Positions 31,018 to 44,056 of a DNA stretch of 64,000 bases are shown here, piece by piece. Location of the stretch: the NCBI GenBank assembly GCA_052426225.1, contig JBNJNM010000012.1, forward strand, positions 1,054,001 to 1,118,000. The letters are read 5' to 3'. The first letter of the stretch is position 1, and each line of letters opens with the position of its first letter. This DNA is from Zancudomyces culisetae HAW-14-8 (taxonomy: Eukaryota; Fungi; Kickxellomycota). The notes under the pieces were generated by a model. It had not been told where the DNA came from and did not search any database. It worked only from the letters and a program-made list of their open reading frames with translations. Both the position numbers and the translations under genes were made by a program.

Positions 31018-34000
31018 TTTACTTGTCTTTTTATTTTTTGAGTTTATTGTAAACGGGAATAGATACTTTTATCGTTCAGATATTATCGGTATTAATCTTT
31101 ATAACAGTATTAGTATTAACAGTTGTGCTTATACTATCACAAATGATAATTAGTTTGGTGCTAACTGATCTAGATATAATCACTATAATAAAGTTAAAAG
31201 AAAAATAGGAAAAGACAAACTAGCTTTGTGTCTTTTTAAGTTTTTTGTGTTTGTTTTTTATAGCCTTTTGATTAAAGACATTAAATTTCATTAAACTGAT
31301 TGATGGTTTTTGTATATGAACTAAAACAAAATATTCTTGAAATGCACACTGGGTGAACAACAAAATCCCCTACATCGGAGGAAAAACCACAGTTTTTGGT
31401 TTTAAAACTTCAAATATGTCGCGTATTTTGACAATCTCATCTTGCTAAAAGTCGTCTAATCTCAACAAAATTCGTTGTTGGTTGGTGAATAATTCTCGCC
31501 TTTTTAATTACCGAATTGTGTGGATTATTTTTTCCACCTATCATATTACACAGTTTTTTCTACCACACTCAATTACAATTACTAAAATGAGCAACCTGAC
31601 CTTGGCTAGTTCCTAGTAAGCAACTGCCAACCATTCCAGTGAAGATTATTGTCATTTTTGGATCTCATTACGCTTTTTTTAGAGTGACAAGCTGTAGTAC
31701 TTCAATGCTATACTTTCTACTTTCATCAATCCTCTACCCCCATATACTATAAGCATTAAGTTTGCTAGGTTAAAATTGTGACTTTCCATGTGTTTCCTAA
31801 ATTTAATCTGTGACATGTGTATTTAATTGTCAACAATTTACTTTGCCACAAATCACACAATTTACTCTCTTAATGACATCAAGATTGATTATTTTGTTTA
31901 CTAGCATTTTTGAGTAGAATTGCTTTCCTTCATCTTAATTTAAAAAGTAAATATCATAAAGCTGCAAATAATAATCTTATCGTTATCTTCTAACGATCCC
32001 CCTCCGTTCCTCTAGGAACTCCATATCTACCAGGCGTTTGTTCAAGGTAAAAATTGACTAAATAAATATTGCACAAAATGGTAATAAAATAAAACTAGGT
32101 AATATAGCTTAAATAATACCGTTTTATCAATTTAGCAACTACAAAACAATCAGTGGTTGGTTCAAGATCATATTGAAGCACCTGTATGATTGTATCCCTA
32201 AAAAATGCATTTCACTAATGTCAAGATGAAATCCCATGTTAGTTTACTCTAATATTTCTTTTGAAACATATTTGTAAGCAAAACCAACGTTTTGAGATTC
32301 TACTTTACAAATAACTGTTGTTTTTTTAATAACAGGTTAGATATCAAACTAATAAGTTTGGCACAATTATTGGCTATTCCAGATTCACGGACTTTAGTTT
32401 TGATTTAATCCTATATTACCGATATTTGTTCAGTAAACTCATCAAAAAAAGGAGATTTTTCATCATATGGACACACCTAAAACTAGAACCCACACTTACA
32501 TTTACGTATACCTATACCTATTCCTTTTTCTTCTAACCCTTACAGTAATCTGGCATCATTTTATACTGTTTTACATTTTCGATTTTTTTAAAAAAAATAA
32601 AAACTAAATCGAGAATACCCAACAATATCAAGTATGACTCAAGATTATATAACGCAAATAATAACATTCAATTTACAACAGGAAATTTATGATTAATATA
32701 AACCTTATAATACAAATTATAAACTCAATCCAATCACAACTGAACTTGCTACATTTTCAAACTGAATCATAACAAGCTTCATTACATTAGTTCATTTATT
32801 TTACAAGTAAATATCACACCAAGCTTTAAAATAAATCTAAATATTGTAACTTTATATTTAGAAAGTATGAGTGATGCATATAATAACATATTTAAATCAA
32901 ATATAGCTATTAATAAATAATTAGAATAAATTTTACAGTAATCGATGAAGTAGAAGCTTTTTATAGGTCAATATTCTCTTCAGTATACAAGTAAGTGGTC
33001 ACAAATGCTTAGATAAAAAATTAATAATCCTATAGAAATAACTGTTATCTTTAGATAAGAAACCAAATTAGATATATCTTTGTCAAAAGTAATATATTTA
33101 GTAGTAAAATTTAATTATACTTTGGTAAAACAAATAAACAAAATATTGCAATAAACTAGTACTATTAAATATTTTGCTGGCACTTAGTTTAATATGACTA
33201 GATAATAAGGTAAATCACAACATTTGCTAGATATTTTGCTAGTATGATGTATATCTGAAGTTAATTGTAAAATTAAGCAAAAAAATACTTCACCAAAAAA
33301 CATCCAATAAAATAATGACGGACATTCTCAGTAAAATTCTACATTAGGGCTTTTTTCATTATACATGATAATCAAAATTGAAAAAACAAAACGAAATTTG
33401 ATTGATAATTTTCTATTAAAGTTCTTATTCAATAAATTATATAACTAGTAATGATGTAGTAACAAATAAATTTAAAACCTAAAATAAAAATAAAAGTAAA
33501 AATAGTGATTATAAATAACAAATAGATAAAAACTAGTTGGTCTAACTTGTACACTTTAAACTAGCAAATAATTAAAATACTGCAATAATGACAATTAAAT
33601 ACAATTAACGATTAAACTATTAGTTAAAGTAATTATTTGAATAATAATGTTGGAACCAACTTTAAACATTAAACATATTTGAAATCATAAAAAAATATAT
33701 TTCTCAATACTCCATATATATTAGTGTACATAATATAATCTAAATATTGAATACGATGCCTTATTATTGTTGAAGGGAAAAACACTGATTCTGGTAATAA
33801 AAATGTTCAAAAATATTTAAAGATTATGAAATAGAAATGATCGTTATGATTGACTTGTAATAATAAAAATAATCATTAAAAAATATATATAGATTCAAAA
33901 AGATATCACTGCAAATGTGGTTCAAAAAAAAAAGAATTTTAAAAACTATAAATAACAGTTGTGTACCAATATGGATATAACTGATAGAAATTATTTTCAA

Positions 34001-35091
34001 AAATTGAGAATCAATCCTAGAATAAAATACAGTTCGCAATAAGATTAGGGTTAGAAACAGTTTTGAGTAATAAGTAGTTCAATAATAAAGTTATACAACA
34101 TATTTGATATGAATCAAGTAAAACCTGCGAGATAAAACTACTTAAATCACGTGATCAATAATAAAGTAAAAAACCATGTTGATCTAACGGAAATGAGAAC
34201 TTTCGGTAAAATAAACAAAAGAGAGAATAGCATGGGTACAAACAGCCTTATAGAATAATGTTAAAATAATTTGCTAAAAACGTAGTGCATGTTATGCAAG
34301 TTGCAATTATGGTAATTATGTTAAAATAATTAAAATTACAAGTATTGATAAAAGGCACATTAATATAAAATGTAGAGTAACGGATGTAGACTATTCGCAA
34401 ATAGCCCAGTAAGATTCATAACAGAGTACTGCTATCAATGAGAACCAGCGAGATAAACAATTAATATCAAAGTACATTAGTAAGGTTTGACAGCAGAATA
34501 ATCAGTAGTATAAACGAAAGCAAATGTAAAAGTTGGAAACAATAGACTTGCTTAAACTGATACACTCACATGTATATAATATATACCTTAGTAATCAGTT
34601 TCAATAAAAAGTAATGATATGTTTACTTTGAGTATATTTAATATTTTCTAGAACAAATATAGTAAAAAATTCAAAAGAACAGGAAATGATAATTATGATT
34701 GGTTACACAATAAATTGTAATATTAAACAAATATATTCTTCGAATGTTGTGTTGGCGAGTTTGAGATAGCACTGATTATGTCAGTTATACTCATATCTTG
34801 GATCACTTTACAGTTCTGTTTTACTGTTTAGATTGTGTTGACTTTTATTATTATATTAGCATATAATAAATACCAAGCACTATATCTAATCAATATATAG
34901 TTAAAAACGTATATGAAAGAAGTTCAGTAAAGATAGGCTAAGGTTGTCTCTTTATACTATCCTGTCTCATTTGAAATTGCTGTTTGTTCTGCTATTGACT
35001 ATACTAACCCAAATCATTATATTTATGATCTCGCTTGCTCTCATTAGAGATAATTATGCTATTGAATATATTAACATGTAAAAATTTTGAG

Positions 35092-35968
35092 CTATTGTAA
35101 TATAAAATAGATGCTATTAGTTATCTGATATATTTTTCAGCCAATGTAATGGCTTGGTTTGGTAAAGCACTGATTTTGTCAGTTTTACGCAGGTCTCGGA
35201 TCACTTAACTAGTTCTGTTTGCAGATCATGAATGTTTAAACTACGTTTGTTATTGATATTATAATATTAAACACAAAGTAAATATAATATATGTTTAGAA
35301 CTATATCTTATCACTATGAAGTTAAAATGTAAAGTAAAGTATATTCTACTAAGAAAGCTAAAAATTTTTTTTGTTGTCCCCACTCGTTATACTCGCTAAT
35401 TATTCGGATATGTAAATATTTATAGATTGAGCTATGCGTTAAATGGTAAAAATATTCAAACATAAAATTAAATTTTATGGTAACAAAAAGGTTATACACT
35501 ATTAACTACAATGATTTATAGTGTAGTATAACGGCTACATACTTTTTGTTAGCGAATCAATTGCGATTCCTTAGCATAATATAATTACCAATTAACTTGT
35601 AGTTATTTTATATATAAATATTTATAATAGTAAAGCAGAATATCTGAACGATCAGTGAATAAAAGCGAAGCGGACAACGAAAAATAAACATCTTTAGCCT
35701 TTTCTAACAAGAATATACTTTACATATACGCTTTTATATACTTAATAATTGAAAATAGCACCTTAGTGATATAGTTTACTTATTGTTTTATTAGTATTAT
35801 ATCAATAATAAAAATATATTAAAGCGTTCTTCATACGGCAAACAGAACTAGTGAAGTGATTCGAGACCTGAGTATAACTGACAAAATCAGTGCTATACTA
35901 AACTCAGCCATCACATTTGCTGAAAAATATATAAGATAACTAATAGCATCTATTTTATATTACAATAG
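35092..35968. repeat. Long imperfect inverted repeat (arms ~35092-35410 and ~35641-35968), with further degenerate copies upstream
   Basis: CTATTGTAATATAAAATAGATGCTATTAGTTATCT..AGCACTGATTTTGTCAGTT..CTAGTTCTGTTTGC (35092-35222) matches the reverse complement of 35838-35968; weaker similarity continues inward. Confidence 0.85.
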
Positions 35969-36025
35969 TAAAACATAATATACTTTTGCAAATCATGTCT
36001 AAAAAAAAGCAAAAAGTACAAAAGT

Positions 36026-36097
36026 AGGAGCGACCGGGAATTGAACCCGGGGCCATTCGATCTGCAATCGAATGCTCTGCCGCTGAGCTATCACTCC
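36026..36097 (-). tRNA. tRNA-Cys(GCA)
   Basis: GGAGTGA TAGCTCAGCGGCAGAGC A TTCGA TTGCAGA TCGAA TGGC CCGGG TTCAATT CCCGG TCGCTCC T; 72 nt cloverleaf followed by T-runs. Confidence 0.96.
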
Positions 36098-36102
36098 TAA
36101 GA

Positions 36103-36174
36103 GGGCTTGACCGGGGATTGAACCCGGGGCCTCTCGCACCCAAAGCGAGAATCATACCACTAGACCATCAAGCC
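36103..36174 (-). tRNA. tRNA-Pro(TGG)
   Basis: GGCTTGATGGTCTAGTGGTATGATTCTCGCTTTGGGTGCGAGAGGCCCCGGGTTCAATCCCCGGTCAAGCCC; canonical eukaryotic tRNA-Pro. Confidence 0.97.
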
Positions 36175-39100
36175 GATGTTTTTGTTGAATTCGTTTTCAT
36201 TTTTTAGTACTAGTCCAATAGGATTTTCCCAAAAAACTTCCACTAATATCAATCACGGTTCCCTAGAAGGGTGGTTATTACTGACACAGGATTTACCATT
36301 TCTAGCCAGTTAACCACTATCTATAAAACCCCCTCGGAAAGAACACAACTGGACAATTTCCACAATTTTTGGTAAAAATAATTTTATTTAAAAGAATTCC
36401 TCCCAAAACCTGGAAAATATAGCCAAAATGGCCCTTTCCTTACACTAAAAAAATAGTATTACGCCTCTCTATATATGTTTATTTTTACTTTTAGTGTGGT
36501 TTTGGTCGGATTTACAAATTTTTCAATTTATACTAATAATTTACTAATAAAATTGATTAAAAATAAATCCACTAATAAAGTATAAAATCGATTCGACTAA
36601 AAAATAAATCAATTTGTACTATTAAATTGGCTGTAAAGTTGACAAAAATTTATGACATGGTCATAATTTTTGTACTCTAAATTGAATTGCGCAGGAAACA
36701 ATTTTTTCAAAATTGATTTCTCTGCTATTTTGCTGCAATGAAAGCGGTAAATTTAAGTTGATGCTTTTGCATACAACATTTTTATCGTGTGTGTTTATAA
36801 TACTTACACACACGCTAAGAAAGAACCAACGTTGAGCCATTGTCCTAAAGTGGCTTTTTCACCATTGTGGTTTTTGCTACAATTAGTGGTTCAACGTTGT
36901 CTATATTTTATACTTTATTACTATGTTTATATATTAAATGCTTTCATAATAGTATAAACTATTTTAGAAAAAAACCTTTACATACGACAAAACAAGATTC
37001 TAAGGAATCTTGTTCGAAATTCACTCAAAATCATAGCGTTTATATATTATTAAATAAAACAATTTATACTAAAAGACTATAAAAGAGTACCGAGCCAAAA
37101 TTAATATATACTCAGCCTCGTCGTACTGAAGTATATGAATTATATAAAAAGTTTAAAAACATACGACATTTTTTTTTGTAGTCGAAATGTTTTACGTCCT
37201 ACTTGAAAGCTATTGGCTTCCAAGCACTACACGAGACGGGCCGCTAGTAGTTACTATTTATAATTATTTATATGTACTATTTTTATATTCAAGAGATGAC
37301 AAATTTATTTAACTAAAAATTTCATTGAAATAAATACTACAAAATCAACAAGAACTATTAAATAAATAACCAATAAAGTATTACTATAAATTACAATAGA
37401 TGAGAAATCTATAACGTATAATATTTTATACGACAGTTGTGTTGTATTACTTTTATTATAATCGAATGACTCTGTACTTTTTATATTATTTTCTTCAGAT
37501 GTTTTTCTGTATATACGGTTCTAAATTTACAAACTAAATAAAATCATCTCTTTCACTAAATACTAAAATATTTTTATAAAGTATATAACTATATTTTTGT
37601 ACTACTGGTGTCACTATTTGAGTTTAAGTGTCAGAAATATGACATTCTAAGACTTTGAATTAGTATTATTACAATAATGATTCAAAACTCATATTTTAAA
37701 TGAAACAACTAGTTAATTAATTCTAGTTAATTGAGTAGTAATATTATCTGAAAACACAGTATTTAATTAAAAGCTATTTGTTTTATATTATATTGAATTA
37801 AAATATAGTATGTGTTTATATAGTTAATATTATTCTTGTATATATAAAGTAATATTCTTTTCGCTATGAAATCTTTAGCGATAAAATATTCTCTTAACTT
37901 TATTATATGATTTTGTACTCGTAGACCATCGTAGACATTTTAATGCTTTAAATATAAAAATTATATATAGAATCATAAAGTACCGTTGTAAAACATTGTT
38001 TCAAACATCGGAACTATTTTACATGTTGTTTTTGCTTAATAAATAAAATTCGATGTTGTTAAAATTTTATTATCTGACGTAAACTTATCATTTATGACAG
38101 ATTTTTAGTACAAAGTTGGTTCTAAAAACCACAATGTATTATGCTTTACTTTTTTTAGATACAAATACAGTGAATGAAACAATTTGACACTATATATGTG
38201 AGTCTTTTTTTGACTGGAAACAAGTAGTTGGAACCTTTACCGATAACGAAAATATCAGGCTATGAGAAATACAAACTATAGGATAATTACAAGGTATCAA
38301 CCGTCATTCTCCGCACTGAAAAGCTAAACTAATTGTATTACTGCTACTAAGTATTTCTCCTTAGCAACAACCCGATCTTTTTTCTCTATTTCAAAAGAAA
38401 GGGTATTAGAGAAAATCTTGCCAAAAAAGAAAAGGAAAGTATATATAATAATTTTAAAAAAACTATTGTCCAAACAATTTATTGATAATTAATAGACAAT
38501 ATGGTAGAGAAATTTTATTGTAGGACTATTTGGTTTTTTGGTTAAAAATGAGGAAATATTGATTTCTTTCAAAATGGGATATACTGACAGATTACTTGTT
38601 AAATGGTTTTGTCAGTTGAAACAATCTGATATTTTTTAACAGAGAATACACTAAAATAAAGATAATATTTCAGAATTTCGTAATACAGATGTTTCGAATG
38701 ATACTGGATCTGAGTAAATAAGTTTCAAAATGTCTTTTGTATTAATTCGCATTTCAAATGTAAATACCTTAGAGACCAACTATCTTAGATCTATTTCCGG
38801 AAAGTAAAAATATACAATATTAAACACATATATGGAAAAACCTACTAATTTCGAAAAAGCAAAAATAATCAAAGCTAAACAAACTTTTAAAAGCTCGAAG
38901 AATCATTATTGATTTATGAAATAGTATTAAAATTTTAGTACATAATAATGACAATAGTGATATTTTTTAATTTTGTTTTCTACGACACTGGTTTAGGACG
39001 CATAGTGAACTTTTTATTTTACGAGTATGTTATTTTTGGTACTTATAGTGTTTACTTAACGAGAAAGTAACTTTATCCTTAATAGATGTTTTAATAAGAT

Positions 39101-39189
39101 GAAGTTAATTGAAAGTAAACTAACAGTTCTTCAAAAACTGATCAACCTTCATTTTTCGGTCCTTACATGTTATACTTTGTAAATTGAAA

Positions 39190-39745
39190 AGCTGGACTGT
39201 TATATAAAAACAAATAGGGTATGGTATGAAAGAGTATCCCCATCAGGTACTCTAAGTATACGAGGGTCACAGGGTACACTCAATGCAGAAATAGATTCAA
39301 CAGAGTCAAGTTTGACATTATACCAACAGGAGAGTGTAGAAATACAAAAGAGACACTTGAGGTAAACAACAGGTTCAAGAACAAGTCCTGTAATATAAAG
39401 TGGATAAAGGAAGTTGGAGCAGGCCGACAAAGGAATTGGGTCTACTTACAAGCGGCCTTTCCACAGTACATGAAACACATTCTTTTCGTAGGCCGAATTC
39501 GAATAGGTCAATTTTGGACCGCCACGAGATTAGCAAATTCGGGTTTTATAGATCCAGATTATAAAGCCAAATGTCCGTTCTGTAAGAAAGAAGAAAAAGA
39601 AACAGTTGAGCATTACTTATTAGATTGCAGCAGATGGGACGAGATTAGGAATGATTTACTTTCTGAATTTATACAGTATTATAGTTGTTTTTTATCACGT
39701 ACGACTCTGCAAATTTTACCACACTTGGAAAGCGTGTTATATTAA
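39190..39745 (+). mobile_element. Degenerate non-LTR retrotransposon (LINE) 3' fragment with zinc knuckle
   Basis: RIRIGQFWTATRLA..CPFCKKEEKETVEHYLLDCSRW (Cx2C..E..Hx4C, typical LINE ORF2 C-terminus); upstream part broken by stops. Confidence 0.75.
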
Positions 39746-40416
39746 CAGAAATTAAGAGTCTATAAATCCTGAAACTATGTCACTCCTAACTTCGATTTAT
39801 TTACTGAAATTCAATTAATATTGCTCAACTGTTTCTTTTCTTGGCCTAGCGTTTTTTCTGTTAAAAAAGTTTAATAAATAAACATCAAATATAACTACAA
39901 AAAAACAACTCTATATAATATCAACCTAACCAATTCTCCTCTGTCTCTCTAGCAGCTTCTTACTCATCGGGCGTTGGTTCAGCGATATTTTATACTCAAG
40001 ATTGATCAAGATAATAATCTCGTTTGAGAGAATCTACCTAAGAATCTCGTTGTTTGCAGCTTAATAAAGGTAAAATGTTGGATTCTCTATCCTTTCTGGT
40101 AGAGTAACCATATTTTGTGATTCCTATTTAAGAGATAGAACCAACCACCCATCCCCTCAAGTTTCATGTATTTCAATCATTTTGAGATTTGGATTTGAAA
40201 TCTTGAATGTGTTGATACTGTCATATATCCCTGAATGCTCTATCTCGTCATTTCTCATACCCATTAATTATTTGTCGCTTCTATTTCTGAAGTATTCCAT
40301 TAAAAAATAGTCTAAACAAATTAGCTGAACATTAGAAAGTTAATTGATTTGCTACTAAGGTTTATTATAATTGACTTTTCAAAACCTATAAACCAAAAAA
40401 AAGATATTAAACAAAC

Positions 40417-41730
40417 TTAGTTGCTACAGTTAGAAATGCTCTGGCAAGAGAATGTTGGATTGAAAACTGATGCAGTGCCTTTAAATGGTGCCATAGCCAA
40501 AGAAGTCATGCTAAAGTTGGAAAACTTATAAGTAACTTTACGGAAGCCATTGATGAAAATTTGGAGTTGAGAATCCTTGCTAACAATTTTGATGTCTTGT
40601 AAGTCGGCTCTTGTAAAAATGTTACTTCGTTTAACCAAAGAATATTTACCCTTCTTGACAGAACTAGTACCAGATGACAAACCAAATTGAGCTTCTATTA
40701 CACCATTAGAACTGTAGTATCCGCTGTTGTCCATAAGAGCAACAAAGAAATCAGAGGTAGTAGAGACGCTGGCAGTGAACTCAAAGTCACTTGTGTCACA
40801 TGGGATTGTAAGAGCGTGCTTAAAGTCGTAGTTTTTGTTTTTACTAGTAGATAATACAACAATGTCGGATCCAACAATGGTGGAATCACAAGTTGATGAG
40901 GTTGAGCTAGTTGATGTTGTTGAGCTAGTTGAGCTTGAGGACTCGGTTGAGCCTGACTCAGTTGATGAAGACTCGGTTGAGCTTGATGATTCAGTTGAGC
41001 TTGATGATTCAGTTGAGCTTGATGATTCAGTTGAGCTTGATGATTCAGTTGAGCTTGATGATTCAGTTGAGCTTGATGATTCAGTTGAGCTTGATGATTC
41101 GGTTGAGCTGGCTGATGGGGTGGACGACGAATTTTTACAGCTAGAACCATTACAGTTGTATTCTATATTTTGAATTTTTGCTGAATCGTCTTCGGCTCCA
41201 AATGCAAACCATACATTTGGCGAGTTCAATGCTACGTTGATATCGTAATCGGTTGAAGATATTGTCAAAATTGGTGTGCTGCTCCCTACTAATCCAATGT
41301 CGATTCCTGAACTGTTAACCTGTACATATACTTTTTGAGTATCTGCTGCACCTAAATTGACATCTTCTTCTAAGGCGTATACTGATGTTCCAACATACCA
41401 TAAGCCGCTGTTTACACCAATTATTCCTTCAACCACCTCGTTATCAGTAAACAATGTCTTTTGTGTACTAATCGCAAAGTATATATCAGAAGTTTGGTCG
41501 ACATCAAATGTAACAAGGTAGTCCTGAGATGGGCAGGAAACATCAATAGCGCTATCCCAACTGTAGTTAATAACTGGATTATCACCGGATCCTTGAGCGA
41601 TCTCAATCTGACTGATAGAGTCGGAACAGTTAGCCCCCCCAGTGCCAGTTGAAGTGGATTCCCCAACTATTGATGAAAACAGGTTAGCTAATGTTAATGA
41701 GAATAATGCTGTATATACGCTTGGTCTCAT
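40417..41730 (-). CDS. Secreted protein: signal peptide, two related beta-rich Cys-bounded domains, Ser/Thr-rich linker
   Basis: 437 aa intact ORF; hydrophobic N-terminus; (SSTESS)n linker; internal duplication of an F-x-V-x4-D-x-F/Y-x-A..E..G pattern. Confidence 0.85.
   Translation of the reverse strand: MRPSVYTALFSLTLANLFSSIVGESTSTGTGGANCSDSISQIEIAQGSGDNPVINYSWDSAIDVSCPSQDYLVTFDVDQTSDIYFAISTQKTLFTDNEVVEGIIGVNSGLWYVGTSVYALEEDVNLGAADTQKVYVQVNSSGIDIGLVGSSTPILTISSTDYDINVALNSPNVWFAFGAEDDSAKIQNIEYNCNGSSCKNSSSTPSASSTESSSSTESSSSTESSSSTESSSSTESSSSTESSSSTESSSSTESSSTESGSTESSSSTSSTTSTSSTSSTCDSTIVGSDIVVLSTSKNKNYDFKHALTIPCDTSDFEFTASVSTTSDFFVALMDNSGYYSSNGVIEAQFGLSSGTSSVKKGKYSLVKRSNIFTRADLQDIKIVSKDSQLQIFINGFRKVTYKFSNFSMTSLAMAPFKGTASVFNPTFSCQSISNCSN
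40960..41110. repeat. 18-nt coding tandem repeat TCAGTTGAGCTTGATGAT (about 7-8 copies)
   Basis: Direct reading; encodes SSSSTE on the minus strand. Confidence 0.92.
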
Positions 41731-43049
41731 TTTTACTAAATGCTTTAATTTGATGTTCTTTAAACGTAAATACTCGTAAATGTGTGTTTCAATGTATATG
41801 AACTGTGTTTAGCACTTTAGTAGGTACAGTCGATATTTATATGATTTTCTGCTTAATTTTGTTTCGGCTCATTAACCCTTCAATAACTGTACTGTTTTAT
41901 TTGCATTTAATCAAAACTGTAATTGAATAAATCATGACTTTAAGCTACAATTGTTTGTATCTTCTATTTTTAGATTTGGTCATACTCATTATTATAATAA
42001 AAACACTTTATTGAAAGCTTTAAAAGGTGAGAACTCAATTTATTATATAAAACATACATTTATATTTCAAATTGAATGTGACACAAATGAAAGTTTTCTT
42101 ATTTGGTCCAATAAACATGATCCCTTTATTTGCACGCATTTATGCGGTGCGAGTACTTTGGCTGACTAAGTGAAAGATATTCACCTTTCCATATACATTC
42201 AGATGGAATTGTTTAACAATCTCATACTCAGTTAGTATTTTTTAATTTTTTGTGGAATGTAATTGTAATTGTAACTGTAATTCAAAGTATTAGTATAATA
42301 CAACAACAGAGTTATAATTATTGAGATGCACCTATCTTCACTTAGCAAGAACTGTGTAACCAGACCAGGAACATAATGGTTCTAGTTTTACTCAAACTTT
42401 TGAGCTTAGATTCATGGTTACACGCTTTTGGTAGAGGTTTCTACTTTCAACCATTCAAATATGGTTCCCTGGTATTTTAAAATGCTGCCAATTATTAATT
42501 TTTTTTTGATTAAATTTTCTGATATGAGTTTACTTGCTACCTTATATCCAATAATATAATATATTGTTGAAAATATGGTAATATAAATAAACAGATAATT
42601 TGTATGGATCAGAAAATTAATTTTAATTTTATAAGGCCTGTATTTTTTGTTTGTCCGCAACTACTCACCTTATATAGTTAAAGCAAACTAAACTGAATCA
42701 CATCATATTTTGAGACTGTGAACTTTTACCACTTTATCTGCTAATAAGGAGAAATGCCGTAAAACAACCATTTTTACCTAATCCTAACCAACTATTTCTT
42801 TTTGTTTTTTTTTGAATGACATATAAGTTGCTTATTATTAGCAATTATATTATAGTAACACTTTCAAAAATACGAATGATGATGTTTAGAGGTTTTCGTC
42901 CAATTGGTATCAATATGAACACCCAACTCCTGACAATCTTTTGTATAATCTGCTTTAAAGAGTATTATATTGCCATTTGATATTTATAAAAATGGTAAAT
43001 ATATAAAACAGATAAAAAAATTTTCAAATTTGAAAATATAGCATGGCGT

Positions 43050-43980
43050 GTACAAACAGATGACAGAGATGAAGGAGCAAAATATAAAACATAGTCAAAG
43101 CTTATCAGATTTGCAACCATTAATAAGGACCCTGGTTGACAAGAGTTAGAGAAGATTGGAGATGGTAGAGCCGTCAGTAGAGCTGTCAGTAGGCCATACA
43201 AATGAAAGGTTTAGTGCATGTAGGCTTCTTCTTGTTGGGAGATAGCGGTCAACGGCGGTTTAGATTGAGAATTGTTTGTACCTGTGATATCTTTATTTTC
43301 ATTACCCTTATTACCCTCAGTTTGCTGAAAATAAAAGTGCCAGAAAAGGCTAACAAACCGCTGCATGTTAAGAATGGTGATTAAAGCATTGTCACCAAGA
43401 TCATAAATTCCACCCAAATCCAAATGAACGAGTGAAAAACCGCTTGATTCGTTTTCCACTGGCAGAATCATAAAATCTCAATAACCCATCTCCATCTATA
43501 TTTGTAATTCATACAACACAAAATCTGTTCTTTGTTCCTGCATTAGTGTTAAAAAGGGCTGAAGTGCGACATTATCCAAAAGCCTATATTTACTAATAAT
43601 CCTACACACTTTATTCATGGCATCTGAAGAGATATCTTCAAATGAAGTGAAATCCTTTATATATTTCCCGATTACTCGAACACACAACTTTTGCAAACTG
43701 GAAATACTCAAACCTATCTCTAATAATCCGTTTTCAGTTTTGACCACCTTCTTTTTCTGAGTTATCTTTTTGATTCCAATTCTGTTGTTCATCTTTGCTG
43801 CATTTGTGACTGCTCTCATATTTTTTCTAAGTTGTGAAACAGAACTAACTAAGACACCTTGCTTTTTTAGATTACGATTTTGTTTCCCTTGTTCATATTT
43901 TTTCATACATCTGTAATAGGTTGGACATAGTATCCTTCCTTTACCTTTATTATCCTTAACTCTTCCAGTATTAAGAATTA
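43050..43980 (-). pseudogene. Frameshifted relic of Rad7/Rhp7 LRR nucleotide-excision-repair gene
   Basis: ISSLQKLCVRVIGKYIKDFTSFEDISSDAMNKVCRIISKYRLLDNVALQPFL matches the Rad7 SOCS-like block; a frameshift near 43508 is needed to continue as TNIDGDGLL; LRR remnant SLVHLDLGGIYDLGDNAL; much shorter than a full Rad7. Confidence 0.7.
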
Positions 43981-44056
43981 AAGAATCCCTATATCAATTC
44001 CCATTAAAAGTCAAAGATTAAACTGCAGTAGAATAAATGAAAGGAAATACCCGAAA

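Noticed and set aside
35955-36155. 66-aa ORF
   Set aside because: It is the translation of the two tRNA genes
36827-36899. Hairpin CAACGTTGAGCCATTG..TAGTGGTTCAACGTTG
   Set aside because: Single short inverted repeat with no other support
37222-37250. Helitron-like 3' end (..GACGGGCCGCTAGT)
   Set aside because: No proper subterminal hairpin, no 5' end and no second copy
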